64,000 nucleotides of DNA from Candidatus Latescibacterota bacterium (GTDB taxonomy: Bacteria > Latescibacterota > UBA2968 > SICM01). The notes below the pieces were generated by a model. That model was not told the DNA's origin. It saw only the letters and a list, made by a program, of their open reading frames with translations, and ran no database searches. Each line of letters opens with the position of its first letter. Position 1 is the stretch's first letter. The position numbers were made by a program, and so were the translations under genes. The DNA lies in NCBI GenBank assembly GCA_965217865.1, contig CBDCJO010000002.1, positions 4,480,001 to 4,544,000 of the forward strand, written 5' to 3'. Shown here piece by piece: positions 41,976-51,601 of this stretch.

Positions 41976-42671
41976 CTATCTCACGTGCGGATATAGTTTG
42001 GACAGGCGTTCCGGGGAGACGGAGAGGCTGTGGAGGACTTTGAGCAACCACATCAGAAGTATCGTTCTAAAGATCCCGCAGCGTTCCCACCTCCGCGAGG
42101 ATGTGACGGCGTATGCAGGCAACATGACGAAACGGCCAATCCTCGTAGCCCTCAGGCAAAACTCCGAGTCCTCGAAGATCGGCAGGATCGGAAAGCCGCC
42201 TAATTGATCGAAAACCCCTCGGCGTACAAAGACGGCCTGATCCCCGTAGGTGATGTTCAAAAAGCGAGAACGCCACGTGGAAATGATGCCGATCCACGCG
42301 TAGATGGCGCCTTCACCTGCGATTCGCAATCGAAACCGTCCTCCGACAACCCGGGGGTCTTCTAGGGAACGGAGAATCAGGCGAAAGGCATCGTCCGGCA
42401 GTCGCGTGTCGGCGTGGAGGAACAAAAAGACATCTCCTGTGGCCACGCCAGCTCCCGCGTTCATCTGAGCCGCCCGTCCGGAGCCTGCACGTGTTGCAAT
42501 CAAACGGACTCCGGGCATCTCTCTGACCCTGTCGGATGTGCCGTCGGTACTTCCACCGTCAACGACGATAACCTCGGAGCAGTCCGGGACGTTAGCCAAA
42601 GGTTTGAGACAATCTGAGATGATCTCAGCCTCGTTCAGCACCGGTATGATGGCGGATATTTTTTTCATCAA
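41976..42671 (-). CDS. Family 2 glycosyltransferase, TIGR04283-like
   Basis: IIPVLNEA, VVDGGSTDGT, GRAAQMNAGA, FLHADT, YGDQAVFVRR, TSSRRW. Confidence 0.88.
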   Translation of the reverse strand: MMKKISAIIPVLNEAEIISDCLKPLANVPDCSEVIVVDGGSTDGTSDRVREMPGVRLIATRAGSGRAAQMNAGAGVATGDVFLFLHADTRLPDDAFRLILRSLEDPRVVGGRFRLRIAGEGAIYAWIGIISTWRSRFLNITYGDQAVFVRRGVFDQLGGFPILPIFEDSEFCLRATRIGRFVMLPAYAVTSSRRWERCGIFRTILLMWLLKVLHSLSVSPERLSKLYPHVR

Positions 42672-42804
42672 GGCGAATATAAGTCAGAACAGCCGAGGGT
42701 CAAAATCCGGAGATCGGAAAGGCCGTCGATCGTGACTCGTGACTCGGAAAAACCTATCGATACAAATCCTTGACTGCTCCTCAAATTATTCGCATCGTTT
42801 CTTA

Positions 42805-42933
42805 ACGCACCACGCACCACGCACCACGCACCACGCACCACGCACCACGCACCACGCACCACGCACCACGCACCACGCACCACGCACCACGCACCACGCA
42901 CCACGCACCACGCACCACGCACCACGAACCACG
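42805..42933. repeat. Tandem heptamer array (ACGCACC)x17 plus one ACGAACC
   Basis: 119 bp perfect array 42805-42923; upstream core homologous to those of the ACGAATC arrays. Confidence 0.97.
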
Positions 42934-42952
42934 GCATTCAAGGAGGTCGGCT

Positions 42953-43714
42953 ATGAAGCTCGGGCTGGTGACGTATAACCTGGCGAAGGATTGGGACATT
43001 CCAACCATCATCAAGAGGTGCACGGAAACCGGATTTGAAGGGGTGGAACTCCGGACCACCCACGCTCATGGTGTGGAGGTGACCCTTGGAGCCGAGGAGA
43101 GGCAGCGGGTTCGAAGGCAGTTCGAGGACTCGGGCGTTAAGCTTGTGGGTTTGGGAAGCATTTTCGAGTACCACGCGGCCGAGCCGGATATCCTTAGACA
43201 GAATATCGATGGGACGAAGGAATTCTCCCGGCTCGCCCGGGACTTGGGCGTTCCCGGTGTGAAGGTGCGCCCGAATGCCTTTCCGGATGGGGTTGGTCAC
43301 GAGAAAACCATTGACCAGATCGGGGGGGCCCTTCGAGAGTGCGGAGCGTTCGCGAATGACCTGGGGGTAGAGATCCGGTTGGAGGTTCACGGCCCTGAAA
43401 CCTGTAAACCGGAAAACATACGAAAGATGGTCGATGCTGCGGACCAAGAAAATGTGTTCGTCTGTTGGAACTCCAACCCCCAGGACGTCGTGGATGGGTC
43501 GGTCAGGCAGAGCTTTGAGCTCTTGAAACAGAAGGTTTCTCTGGTCCATATCAACGAGCTCCACAGCGTCTATCCGTGGAAGGAGCTTTTCGAACTCCTG
43601 AAGGGAATCGGCTATGATGGTTACTGCCTTGCTGAGATCCCTGAAAGCACGGATCCTGAGCGGGTTATGAACTATTACAAGGCGCTGTTCAAGACTATGA
43701 GCGGGGATGTATAG
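42953..43714 (+). CDS. Sugar phosphate isomerase/epimerase (xylose isomerase-like TIM barrel)
   Basis: GFEGVELRTTHAHGVE, IRLEVHG, CWNSN, VHINEL; AAGGAGG RBS. Confidence 0.88.
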   Translation: MKLGLVTYNLAKDWDIPTIIKRCTETGFEGVELRTTHAHGVEVTLGAEERQRVRRQFEDSGVKLVGLGSIFEYHAAEPDILRQNIDGTKEFSRLARDLGVPGVKVRPNAFPDGVGHEKTIDQIGGALRECGAFANDLGVEIRLEVHGPETCKPENIRKMVDAADQENVFVCWNSNPQDVVDGSVRQSFELLKQKVSLVHINELHSVYPWKELFELLKGIGYDGYCLAEIPESTDPERVMNYYKALFKTMSGDV

Positions 43715-43799
43715 GAATGGTAATACGAATTGATGGGAGGGACGCCGGCCCCGGCGTCCGTAAACATCCAGGTCTTTATGGTAAGGGGTTTGCTGATTC

Positions 43800-44583
43800 C
43801 CATGGGATCAAGGGTTTGATGGTTTTCAGGGCTGACCGCCTTCGGCCTCCTGATCCTGGCCACGCTTTCGTATATCAGCGGTTTCTATTCCCTCGGGCTT
43901 CTCGTCTCATCCGTGACATCCCGGGCATTTACGTCGATTACGGCCCTCGTTGCGGTATGGGTGGGAATGACGGTGGCGGTGCCGAACCTGAGTCCCTATA
44001 TCGCTCGTAGTCTGATCAACCTTCCCACGGTTCAAGAAGTGGAAAGGGAGAAGTGGGCTGTGGCGGAAGAGGGAGACCGGGTAAGGGAGGAGCGAGGACG
44101 GGAGTATCGAAGCAGAACAACCGATTCGGATGTCCAGCAAGGGGTCGTGCACGCGGAGTTATGGAGGGACTTCCTCCTCGGGGTTGCTAGGGACCAGGAG
44201 CAGATCCAGTCTGAATACGAGAGGGCCCTGGACCGACAGGTCCGCGAGCGGTCTGGCTGTCAAGGCTGTCTCCCACAGCATCGTTGGTCTATGCGACGGG
44301 TGAAATTACGGACACGGGTTTAGGTGATATGCGGCGTTTCCGAAAGGCGCTTCAGTCATACAGGGTCGACTTCGTCAATTATGCCGAAGACAAATGGGTC
44401 GAGACCAGACGGAAGGGGAATAATCAGATTTCCACGATGGATTATCCCAGGTTTTTCTACAAACGTCCCGGACTTGCGGAACGGTTGGAGCAAGCTATGC
44501 TCGATCTTGGGATGCTTACGGTCTGGAATCTTCTGTTCTTCACGGCAGCATACGTAGGGTTTCTGCGATATGATGTCAGATAG
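43800..44583 (+). pseudogene. C-terminal remnant of an ABC-2 type permease, frameshifted near 44250
   Basis: FYSLGLLVSS..VAVWV, then SRLSPTASLVYATGEITDTG..VGFLRYDVR, paralogous to the next gene; no N-terminus. Confidence 0.7.
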
Positions 44584-44757
44584 AACGTTCCAGGTTCCAA
44601 TGCGAAGTCGGAATAAATTCAAAGGTCGAGAGTACGGATTCAAGAGCCAAAGCTATAGGATTCGTGTCAAAAAACCAACTTAGTGGCTATTAATCTATGG
44701 AGTTACGTGCCGTCCATCGAATGACCAGGGACTCTCGACCCCGGACTGAATTTTGAT

Positions 44758-46149
44758 ATGCTTTTTCAAATCATCCACAAGGAAGTCCTGCTCCATTTGA
44801 AAGAAGCCCGGTTCGTATGGGTGGCCGGGCTTTTTTGCGGGCTTGTGCTCGTGGGATTTTTTCTGGTTGGCCGGGACTACACAGAGAGACACAAGGCCTA
44901 CCAGGCAAATGTCATGGCCGAGCGGAAACAGCTTCTTGCCGTGGACCCGGGGGCCTCCAAACGGGATCAGGTCTACACCCTGATGAACGAGCGGGGTGTG
45001 TATGCCTTCCTCCTCCCCCGTCCCCTGGGTCCCTTCGCCTCCGGACTGGAGCCGGTTGCGCCGACCCAAGTCCACGCCCTCGACCGATGGTCCTGGAGTC
45101 GTCAGGCCAGCGAGGCTTTTTACCGGAATCCCCTTCTCTCACTGTTTCCACGACCCGATTTCATATATATCGTTGGATCGATTTTGAGCCTGGTCGCCCT
45201 GTTTTTCACCTTCGATGCAATCTGCGGTGAAAAGTCGAGCGGGACGCTGAAATTGATGCTGTCATCCGGGATCAGCAGAGACCAGCTCCTGATCGGCAAA
45301 TGGGTGGGGACAATGCTGACCCTGGTTGTTCCGTTCCTTCTATCGACTGCCCTTGGCGTGGGGATACTCCTGTTGATGGGTCGAACGCAACTGGATCATG
45401 CCGGGCTTCTCCGGATTGCTGGGATCCTGTGTTTCGCCGTTGTCTACCTATCCCTGTTCGTGACATCCGGTCTGGCGATCTCGGTATTAGTACGAAGGCC
45501 ATCCTCCGCCCTGCTGATCTGCCTGACTTTCTGGGTGGGGGTAACGTTCGTATTTCCCCACCTGTTTGCGGGCTTGGGTAGAATTCTTTCCCCCACACCC
45601 ACCTTTCAGCAGGTGAGGATGCAAAAAAGGGCGGTGGACTCCGAGTTGAACCGCGCGAACCAGCGCCTGGCCAAACAGGCCGCGAACTTCGGATGGTCAG
45701 ATGAAGACAGAAACCGACGTCAGGAGGTTTTAAAGAAGGAAGCAGAGGCAAGAAAGGAGGAAATCCAACAAACTTACACGCGCCGGCTCGATCGGCAGAT
45801 CCGGCTCAGCCAGGCCTTTTCACGAATCTCCCCCGTGGCCTGTCTGACCTATGCGGCGGCCGAACTGGCCGGGACCGGCATGGGTTTCTACAGCCGGGTC
45901 TATCAGGCGTTCGCGCAGTTCAAGGAAGGTTTCGGGAAGTACGCACGGCGAATGAAACAGGAGGCCGAGGCCGGTCGGCTGAAGGCCGATTGGCTGAGCG
46001 CGGAGGAGATCCCGGCCCTTACGGTTGCGGATCAGGGACAGGACATGGGATTTGGGAGCGTCGCAACGGAATTGCTCGTCCTTATCCTGTTTCAGGCCGG
46101 GGCATTTTCAGTGGCATATGTGAGGTTCTTGTTTTACGATGTAAGATAA
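44758..46149 (+). CDS. ABC transporter permease subunit (large ABC-2 type)
   Basis: FDAICGEKSSGTLKLMLS, LLIGKW, SRISP, RFLFYDVR. Confidence 0.85.
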   Translation: MLFQIIHKEVLLHLKEARFVWVAGLFCGLVLVGFFLVGRDYTERHKAYQANVMAERKQLLAVDPGASKRDQVYTLMNERGVYAFLLPRPLGPFASGLEPVAPTQVHALDRWSWSRQASEAFYRNPLLSLFPRPDFIYIVGSILSLVALFFTFDAICGEKSSGTLKLMLSSGISRDQLLIGKWVGTMLTLVVPFLLSTALGVGILLLMGRTQLDHAGLLRIAGILCFAVVYLSLFVTSGLAISVLVRRPSSALLICLTFWVGVTFVFPHLFAGLGRILSPTPTFQQVRMQKRAVDSELNRANQRLAKQAANFGWSDEDRNRRQEVLKKEAEARKEEIQQTYTRRLDRQIRLSQAFSRISPVACLTYAAAELAGTGMGFYSRVYQAFAQFKEGFGKYARRMKQEAEAGRLKADWLSAEEIPALTVADQGQDMGFGSVATELLVLILFQAGAFSVAYVRFLFYDVR

Positions 46150-46253
46150 CTCGATGTCACGCCGAATCGGGTTACACAATGGCATGGGGCGCTCCTTCTG
46201 TGGGTTTGTGATTCCCAGGATACCACTGGCTCTCAGACGAGATATTTGGGCGT

Positions 46254-46291
46254 CTGTCTGAGCCCTGTGGCATCCCACAGGGCTCAGACAG
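46254..46291. repeat. Perfect 17 bp hairpin
   Basis: CTGTCTGAGCCCTGTGG-catc-CCACAGGGCTCAGACAG. Confidence 0.8.
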
Positions 46292-46392
46292 GTCCTCGAG
46301 GAAGGCCTGTGATAGATCCACGGGCCAACTATTGACGGGACCGGGAGCGCCCCTTAATTAATACCAATTATTGTCCACAAGATGATTAACGA

Positions 46393-46991
46393 TTAGAGTC
46401 TACAGTATGACTTCTACGCAAGAAGCGTACATCTTTTTGGTCGCGGCAGAGTGAAACGAAACCCGCGATAGGAGTGGGTCTGAGAAAGATCCTCAGAATA
46501 GACGCATTACCTTAGAGATAAGGCAAGACAGGATAGATTGGAGAGGCTCGGTGTTCGGGTGCTGCGATTTACTGACGGGGATGTTAAGCAGAATCTCGAA
46601 GGTGTGCTGCATGGGATTCGGAATTGGATAGATGAGAATGGGATATGACCCATCCCGCCCCGGCTTAAGTCACGCCGGGGCACTCCTCCCGGGAGAAAGA
46701 TCCTCAGATAGACGCATTACCTTAGAGATAAGCCAAGACAGGATAGATTGGAGAGGCTCGGTGTTCGGGTGCTGCGATTTACTGCCGGGGATGTTAAGCA
46801 GAACCTCGAAGGTGTGCTGCATGGGATTCGGAATTGGATAGATGAGAATGGGATATGACCCACCCCACCCCGGCTTAAGTCACGCCGGGGCACCCCTCCC
46901 GGGAGGGGATTTAGAGTCTTCAGTATGACTTCTACGCAAGATGCGTACATCTTTTTGGTTGCGGCTGAGTGAAACGAAACCCGCGATAGGA
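46393..46991 (+). repeat. Composite A-B-B-A direct-repeat block; B carries a DUF559-like endonuclease 3' remnant
   Basis: A about 80 bp (46393-46473, 46911-46991); B about 211 bp (from 46482 and 46693) reading RDKARQDRLERLGVRVLRFTDGDVKQNLEGVLHGIRNWI, then CCCCTCC..GGAGGGG-type palindromes. Confidence 0.8.
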
Positions 46992-47312
46992 AAAGGGAGC
47001 CAAATAGGATTTTAACTGAAAAGGTATTTAATAGGGGCACCTGCCTTGTAGGCCCGTTGGTGGGCGATTATACGGGGTTACCGTCGTGGGGACGAGGTGC
47101 CCCTTTTTTATTATTGATTAGCCATATCAAGCTCTCTATTTTACCGAAGGACTGTGATACCTGGAAAACTATTCTTAGATGAGCCAGTTTTGGGTTATAT
47201 TCATTACTCCTCAAACGGATTCAATCCCCGTAATATCTACCCACCCCTGAATGACCAATGAGGTTTTCTTTTCCCTGCTTTACCGCTAATCCAAATCTCT
47301 ATTGGAGTCCAA

Positions 47313-48056
47313 ATGATCGGGCGGATTATCAGGAAAGAAATTCTTTCTAACCTTTCAAGTCCTACCTTTTTAATTACGTGCCTCTTCTGTTCTGGCCTTA
47401 TCCTGTTGAGCATCTACACCGGGCTGCGAAGCTTTAGCGATCAAGTTTCAGAATACAGACAGACGGAAGCACTTAACCGGCAGATTCTGGGTGAACAGGT
47501 ATTTCTCTGGCCGAACGTAGGCGGGATGTCAAGGGTGATTTATGACGGGGAATTGGATGACTTGCTGCTTCGTCCGATATCCACCCAGGCGCTTCTTTCA
47601 CTCAGGTCCATAAGCTTTCCAGCAGCTTTGCACGGTGCGATCGGGATTTTCATCATCGTGTACGCGCTTGAACAGCTTCAAATCGTGCCTGGGATCCTGA
47701 CGATTTTAGCCGCGGCCGTTATGCTTTTGTCCGGCGTCGTGATCGTGTACTCCCTGTGGTTCATTTCCATGACCCTGGAGTTCTGGTTCGCCGGGCTCTG
47801 GAGCTGGATGAGCTTTATACCGAATTTGTTTGATTTTGCGAAATATCCGGAGGGGATCTTCACCGGCGTCGTGAGATTCTTGTTTCTGACGATCGCGCCG
47901 GTGATCGTGGTGGCCAACTTTCCGACCCAGACGCTGCTCGGCGAACTGCCGTGGATCAATGCGCTGTGGAGTCTGGTACTGGCAGGCTGTCTATTGATTC
48001 TAAGTCAGCTGCAATGGCGTTTTGCGGTTCGGCGGTATACGAGCGTCGGGTCTTAA
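47313..48056 (+). CDS. Chimeric ABC-2 permease (N-terminus of a large permease fused to a DUF990-type C-terminus)
   Basis: MIGRIIRKEILSNL.. resembles the 44758 start; from about 47499 it reads GELDDLLLRPIS..YPEGIF..RRYTSVGS. Confidence 0.65.
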   Translation: MIGRIIRKEILSNLSSPTFLITCLFCSGLILLSIYTGLRSFSDQVSEYRQTEALNRQILGEQVFLWPNVGGMSRVIYDGELDDLLLRPISTQALLSLRSISFPAALHGAIGIFIIVYALEQLQIVPGILTILAAAVMLLSGVVIVYSLWFISMTLEFWFAGLWSWMSFIPNLFDFAKYPEGIFTGVVRFLFLTIAPVIVVANFPTQTLLGELPWINALWSLVLAGCLLILSQLQWRFAVRRYTSVGS

Positions 48057-48108
48057 TAGAGCCGCTCCACCAGGTGCCCGCAACATCCTGCATACAACAG
48101 AGATTTTA

Positions 48109-48903
48109 ATGACTCCTTTGTATTTACACCTCATCAGACTCCAGATTCTGAACAGTTTGGCCTATCGGTTCGAGTACTTCTCCTCGATCGGGACGAATAT
48201 CTTTTTCCTGTTCGGCTCGGTTTACCTCTGGAAATCGGCCTACAAAGGAATCGGAAGCGTCTTGGATGTCAACCAGGAACAGATGATCACATATGCCATC
48301 GTGTCCGTGTTGATGACCGCCCTGTTCTCCATTTCGGTAAGCCAGACCCTTTTCACAAAGATCCGTCAGGGAGACATCGCAATCGATCTGATACGACCCG
48401 TAAATCTCATATATACCTGGTTTGCGGAGGATGTGGGGCAGTCCGTCAGTTCGGTTACAAAATTCTGCTTTCCTGTTTTGTTGACCTCGGTCCTTTTCGT
48501 GAAGGTTCCATTGCCGGCCGATTACGTTGCGGGGCTCTTCTTCATTCCCGGCTGCGTGTTCAGCTTCATCATTCTTTGGCAGATCAGCGCGCTTATCGGT
48601 TTGAGTCTGTTCTGGGTGACCGAGTTCGGGAACATCACACAGATTAAAGACATCGTCATACTCATATTATCCGGCAAGCTGATTCCGTTATGGCTGTTCC
48701 CGGGGATCGTACAGGATATATCGAGCTATCTGCCGTTCCAGTATACATTCCAGGCACCCCTTGAAATCTATATTGGAAGGGTTTCCCCTGCCCAGGCCGT
48801 TCACATCTTTGGGATTCAGTGGCTCTGGATCGGTTTATTCAGCTTGCTTATCTGCGTTGTATGGCGACGGGCCCAAAAACGCGTTTTTGTGCAGGGAGGG
48901 TGA
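48109..48903 (+). CDS. ABC-2 family permease (DUF990 type)
   Basis: LAYRFEY, IRQGDIAIDLIRP, LSGKLIPLWLFP, VQGG end. Confidence 0.88.
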   Translation: MTPLYLHLIRLQILNSLAYRFEYFSSIGTNIFFLFGSVYLWKSAYKGIGSVLDVNQEQMITYAIVSVLMTALFSISVSQTLFTKIRQGDIAIDLIRPVNLIYTWFAEDVGQSVSSVTKFCFPVLLTSVLFVKVPLPADYVAGLFFIPGCVFSFIILWQISALIGLSLFWVTEFGNITQIKDIVILILSGKLIPLWLFPGIVQDISSYLPFQYTFQAPLEIYIGRVSPAQAVHIFGIQWLWIGLFSLLICVVWRRAQKRVFVQGG

Positions 48904-48905
48904 AG

Positions 48906-49721
48906 ATGCTGCTTTCGTTTAGACACCACCTGTCGGTTGCCCTTTTCTTCGCAAAGCTGTCCATTCAACGAAGTCTCGAATATCCCTTTTCGTTTTTCGG
49001 AACAGTCTCATCATTGAGCTTTTCTTATATCTGGATCGGCATGACCCTCAAGCTTCTCGTGGAGAACTTTCAGCCTCTCTCCGGATGGACCTTCCCGCAA
49101 CTCAGTTTTCTATACGGCCTGAGTCTGATCAGCCGGGGGATCATGTCGATACTTTCCTTCCAATCCAGGCAAATAGACGATATGGTGACGCGGGGAGAGT
49201 TCGATCTGTTGCTGTTAAGGCCGTTAAGCGTAACGTTTCAATTCGCAGCGAATAAGATCAATCTTGTCGGCTTGCTCCACGTGTATATCGGGATCGCCTT
49301 CTTCAGCTACGGGGCGGAGCTGGTTGGCTTTGTATGGGATGCCTTCAATACGGTCAAAGTTCTGCTGGTCGTTTTGGGAGCAACCCTGATCTACTGGTCG
49401 TTTTTCACACTCATCAGCTCTGTGGCGTTCTGGACAATGCGCAGCGGGCCTCTTGTGAATGCGAGTCAGGAAATTCTTCGCAGGGGAACTTTCTATCCCT
49501 TGACAATCTACCCCCATTTCCTGCAACTGTTGCTGACGCTGGTGGTTCCGATCGGATTTATAAGCTTCTATCCTTCGTGTGACTTCCTGAACCAAGACGC
49601 CGGCGCCTCTATTCCATCCAATCTTTCTCTGTTAACCCCCGTTGTCGGGGTCGGCATGTTTCTCGCGGCTTTGTATGTCTTCAACCTGGGCTTGAAAAGC
49701 TATGAGAGCGCGGGTTCATAG
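48906..49721 (+). CDS. ABC-2 family permease (DUF990 type)
   Basis: GWTFPQ, GEFDLLLLRPL, YPLTIYP, YESAGS end. Confidence 0.88.
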   Translation: MLLSFRHHLSVALFFAKLSIQRSLEYPFSFFGTVSSLSFSYIWIGMTLKLLVENFQPLSGWTFPQLSFLYGLSLISRGIMSILSFQSRQIDDMVTRGEFDLLLLRPLSVTFQFAANKINLVGLLHVYIGIAFFSYGAELVGFVWDAFNTVKVLLVVLGATLIYWSFFTLISSVAFWTMRSGPLVNASQEILRRGTFYPLTIYPHFLQLLLTLVVPIGFISFYPSCDFLNQDAGASIPSNLSLLTPVVGVGMFLAALYVFNLGLKSYESAGS

Positions 49722-49729
49722 GTGGAACA

Positions 49730-50713
49730 ATGGCCTTGATCGAAGTTCACAATCTGCATAAGGTTTTTAAAGTGACCCGGAAGAAGAAAGGTCTCCTGGG
49801 TTCATTCCAGGGTCTGGTGAGGCCGGTTCGAGACGAGGTGCACGCGGTCAACGATATCAGCTTCAACATCGAAGCAGGTGAAATCGTCGGCTTCATCGGC
49901 CCGAACGGGGCGGGCAAGAGCACTACCATAAAGATGTTGTCCGGGATTCTGTATCCCACCTCGGGTGTTATCACTATAAACGGAATATCACCCCAGGAAA
50001 ACAGAAGGGCCGTTGTCAGGAATCTCGGAGTCGTGTTCGGACAACGAACGCAGCTTTACTGGGACCTCCGTCTGGGGGAATCCTTCGAGCTTTTCAAACG
50101 GATTTACCAGATCGAGGATGCCGTCTTTAAGACCAACGTTGACATGTTATTCGATGTTCTGCAAATCCATGAACTGATCGACATCCCGGTCCGCCAGCTT
50201 TCACTGGGTCAGCGGATGCGGGGGGAGTTGGCCGCTGCTATGTTGCACTCGCCTTCTATCCTTTTTTTGGACGAGCCGACGATAGGAATGGACATCGAAG
50301 TTAAGAGCGCAATCCGGAACTTCATCCTGGATATCAACCGTCTTCGCAAAACAACCGTGCTGCTGACCACCCACGATCTCGATGATGTGGAAGAGTTGTG
50401 TCGCCGGTTGATCATCATCAATAAGGGTCAGATCGTGGAAGACAATCCCCTGGAGGAATTGATCGATCGGATTGCGCCGTACAGGTACCTTCTGGTCGAT
50501 AGCGCGGGCGGGATCGGCGAGTTCTCACATCCACACGCGGAGATCATCAGAGAGAAGGACGATCTCGTCTGGATACGCTTTGTAAAAGAAAGGGTCTCCG
50601 CCTCCGAGCTGATCAATCAACTGTCCCGGCAATGCAATATCAGAGATGTGAGCGTCAGGGAACCGGAGATTGAGGATGTGATCCGGAAGATTTACAAGGG
50701 GGATACAGATTAG
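49730..50713 (+). CDS. ABC transporter ATP-binding protein
   Basis: GPNGAGKST, VVFGQRTQL, LSLGQRMR, LDEPTIG. Confidence 0.93.
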   Translation: MALIEVHNLHKVFKVTRKKKGLLGSFQGLVRPVRDEVHAVNDISFNIEAGEIVGFIGPNGAGKSTTIKMLSGILYPTSGVITINGISPQENRRAVVRNLGVVFGQRTQLYWDLRLGESFELFKRIYQIEDAVFKTNVDMLFDVLQIHELIDIPVRQLSLGQRMRGELAAAMLHSPSILFLDEPTIGMDIEVKSAIRNFILDINRLRKTTVLLTTHDLDDVEELCRRLIIINKGQIVEDNPLEELIDRIAPYRYLLVDSAGGIGEFSHPHAEIIREKDDLVWIRFVKERVSASELINQLSRQCNIRDVSVREPEIEDVIRKIYKGDTD

Positions 50714-50837
50714 GCGTGGGAGTGCCAGATAGCAGGAAACGGCCTTTCTGTGGACCAGTCTTGATTTTGTATCAGTTGGTTATTCATAAATATCAACATG
50801 TTAAGACCTTTTTAAACTATTCGTTGAAAATTTTCCC

Positions 50838-50873
50838 TTGACAAAGATTCTATTTGTAACTATATTTGTTACG
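50838..50873 (+). promoter_or_regulatory. Sigma70 promoter overlapped by a putative Rrf2 operator
   Basis: TTGACA(50838)-17-TATATT(50861); TGTAAC-N7-GTTACG at 50855-50873. Confidence 0.7.
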
Positions 50874-50889
50874 AAACCTGGAGGAAGTT

Positions 50890-51378
50890 ATGAACCCGAG
50901 CAGTAAATTCGTTGTCGCAACGCATATTCTCACGGGCCTTCACGTGGTTAAGGAGCTTCGTGGTATGGACGCCGCAACGTCCGACTTGATCGCGCACAGC
51001 GTGAACACCAATCCCGTCGTGATCCGTCGGATTCTGGGTCAGCTCAAGGGGGCCGGGCTGGTCGATTCGCATCCCGGAGCGAGGGGGGGATTCAGCCTGG
51101 CCAAGTCTGCAGAGCGGATCACCCTTCTCGACGTCTACAAGGCGACCGAAGATTCCTCCCTGTTTCATTTCCACTACAGCGAGCCCAGCCAGATCTGCCC
51201 GGTGGGCAGCACGATTCAGGATGGTCTGAAGGGGGTTTGCAAGGATGCGGAGTCTGCGGTCCAGGATGTCCTGGCTAAAAAGACGCTCGCACAGCTCGTG
51301 TGTGATATGATGGACAATCCGATCTTTCAAACGCGCGTCCGTGAGGCGATCGAAAGCGGAGCCGCACCGGGTTCATAG
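50890..51378 (+). CDS. Rrf2 family regulator (YwnA/HypR-like)
   Basis: SSKFVVATHIL, SVNTNPVVIRR, GGFSLAK..ITLLDVY, CPVG. Confidence 0.9.
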   Translation: MNPSSKFVVATHILTGLHVVKELRGMDAATSDLIAHSVNTNPVVIRRILGQLKGAGLVDSHPGARGGFSLAKSAERITLLDVYKATEDSSLFHFHYSEPSQICPVGSTIQDGLKGVCKDAESAVQDVLAKKTLAQLVCDMMDNPIFQTRVREAIESGAAPGS

Positions 51379-51423
51379 TTCGAAATGCTTCTGGGAAACG
51401 AAGCATTTCTTTTTGGAATTATC

Positions 51424-51442
51424 TGTAACTTAAAATGTTACA
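51424..51442. promoter_or_regulatory. Putative Rrf2 operator 2
   Basis: Perfect TGTAAC-N7-GTTACA; third degenerate copy at 51558-51576 next to TATAAT. Confidence 0.65.
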
Positions 51443-51601
51443 TAATGACATCCGTCAAGGGCAAATTGATCACGAAAGGAGGTATTCAGATGGACGACTT
51501 GAACCACGAGATCACAGTCTAATCATTCGTCATGAAACGATCTTTTTTTGGTATAATTGTAACTGGCGTAGTTTCGAGATCATCATACAGGGAGGTTTCA
51601 A

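Noticed and set aside
46393-46991. CRISPR array or hammerhead ribozyme
   Set aside because: Repeats are 80-211 bp with no unique spacers and no cas genes; CTGAGTGA..GAAAC does not match the CUGANGA core with three stems.
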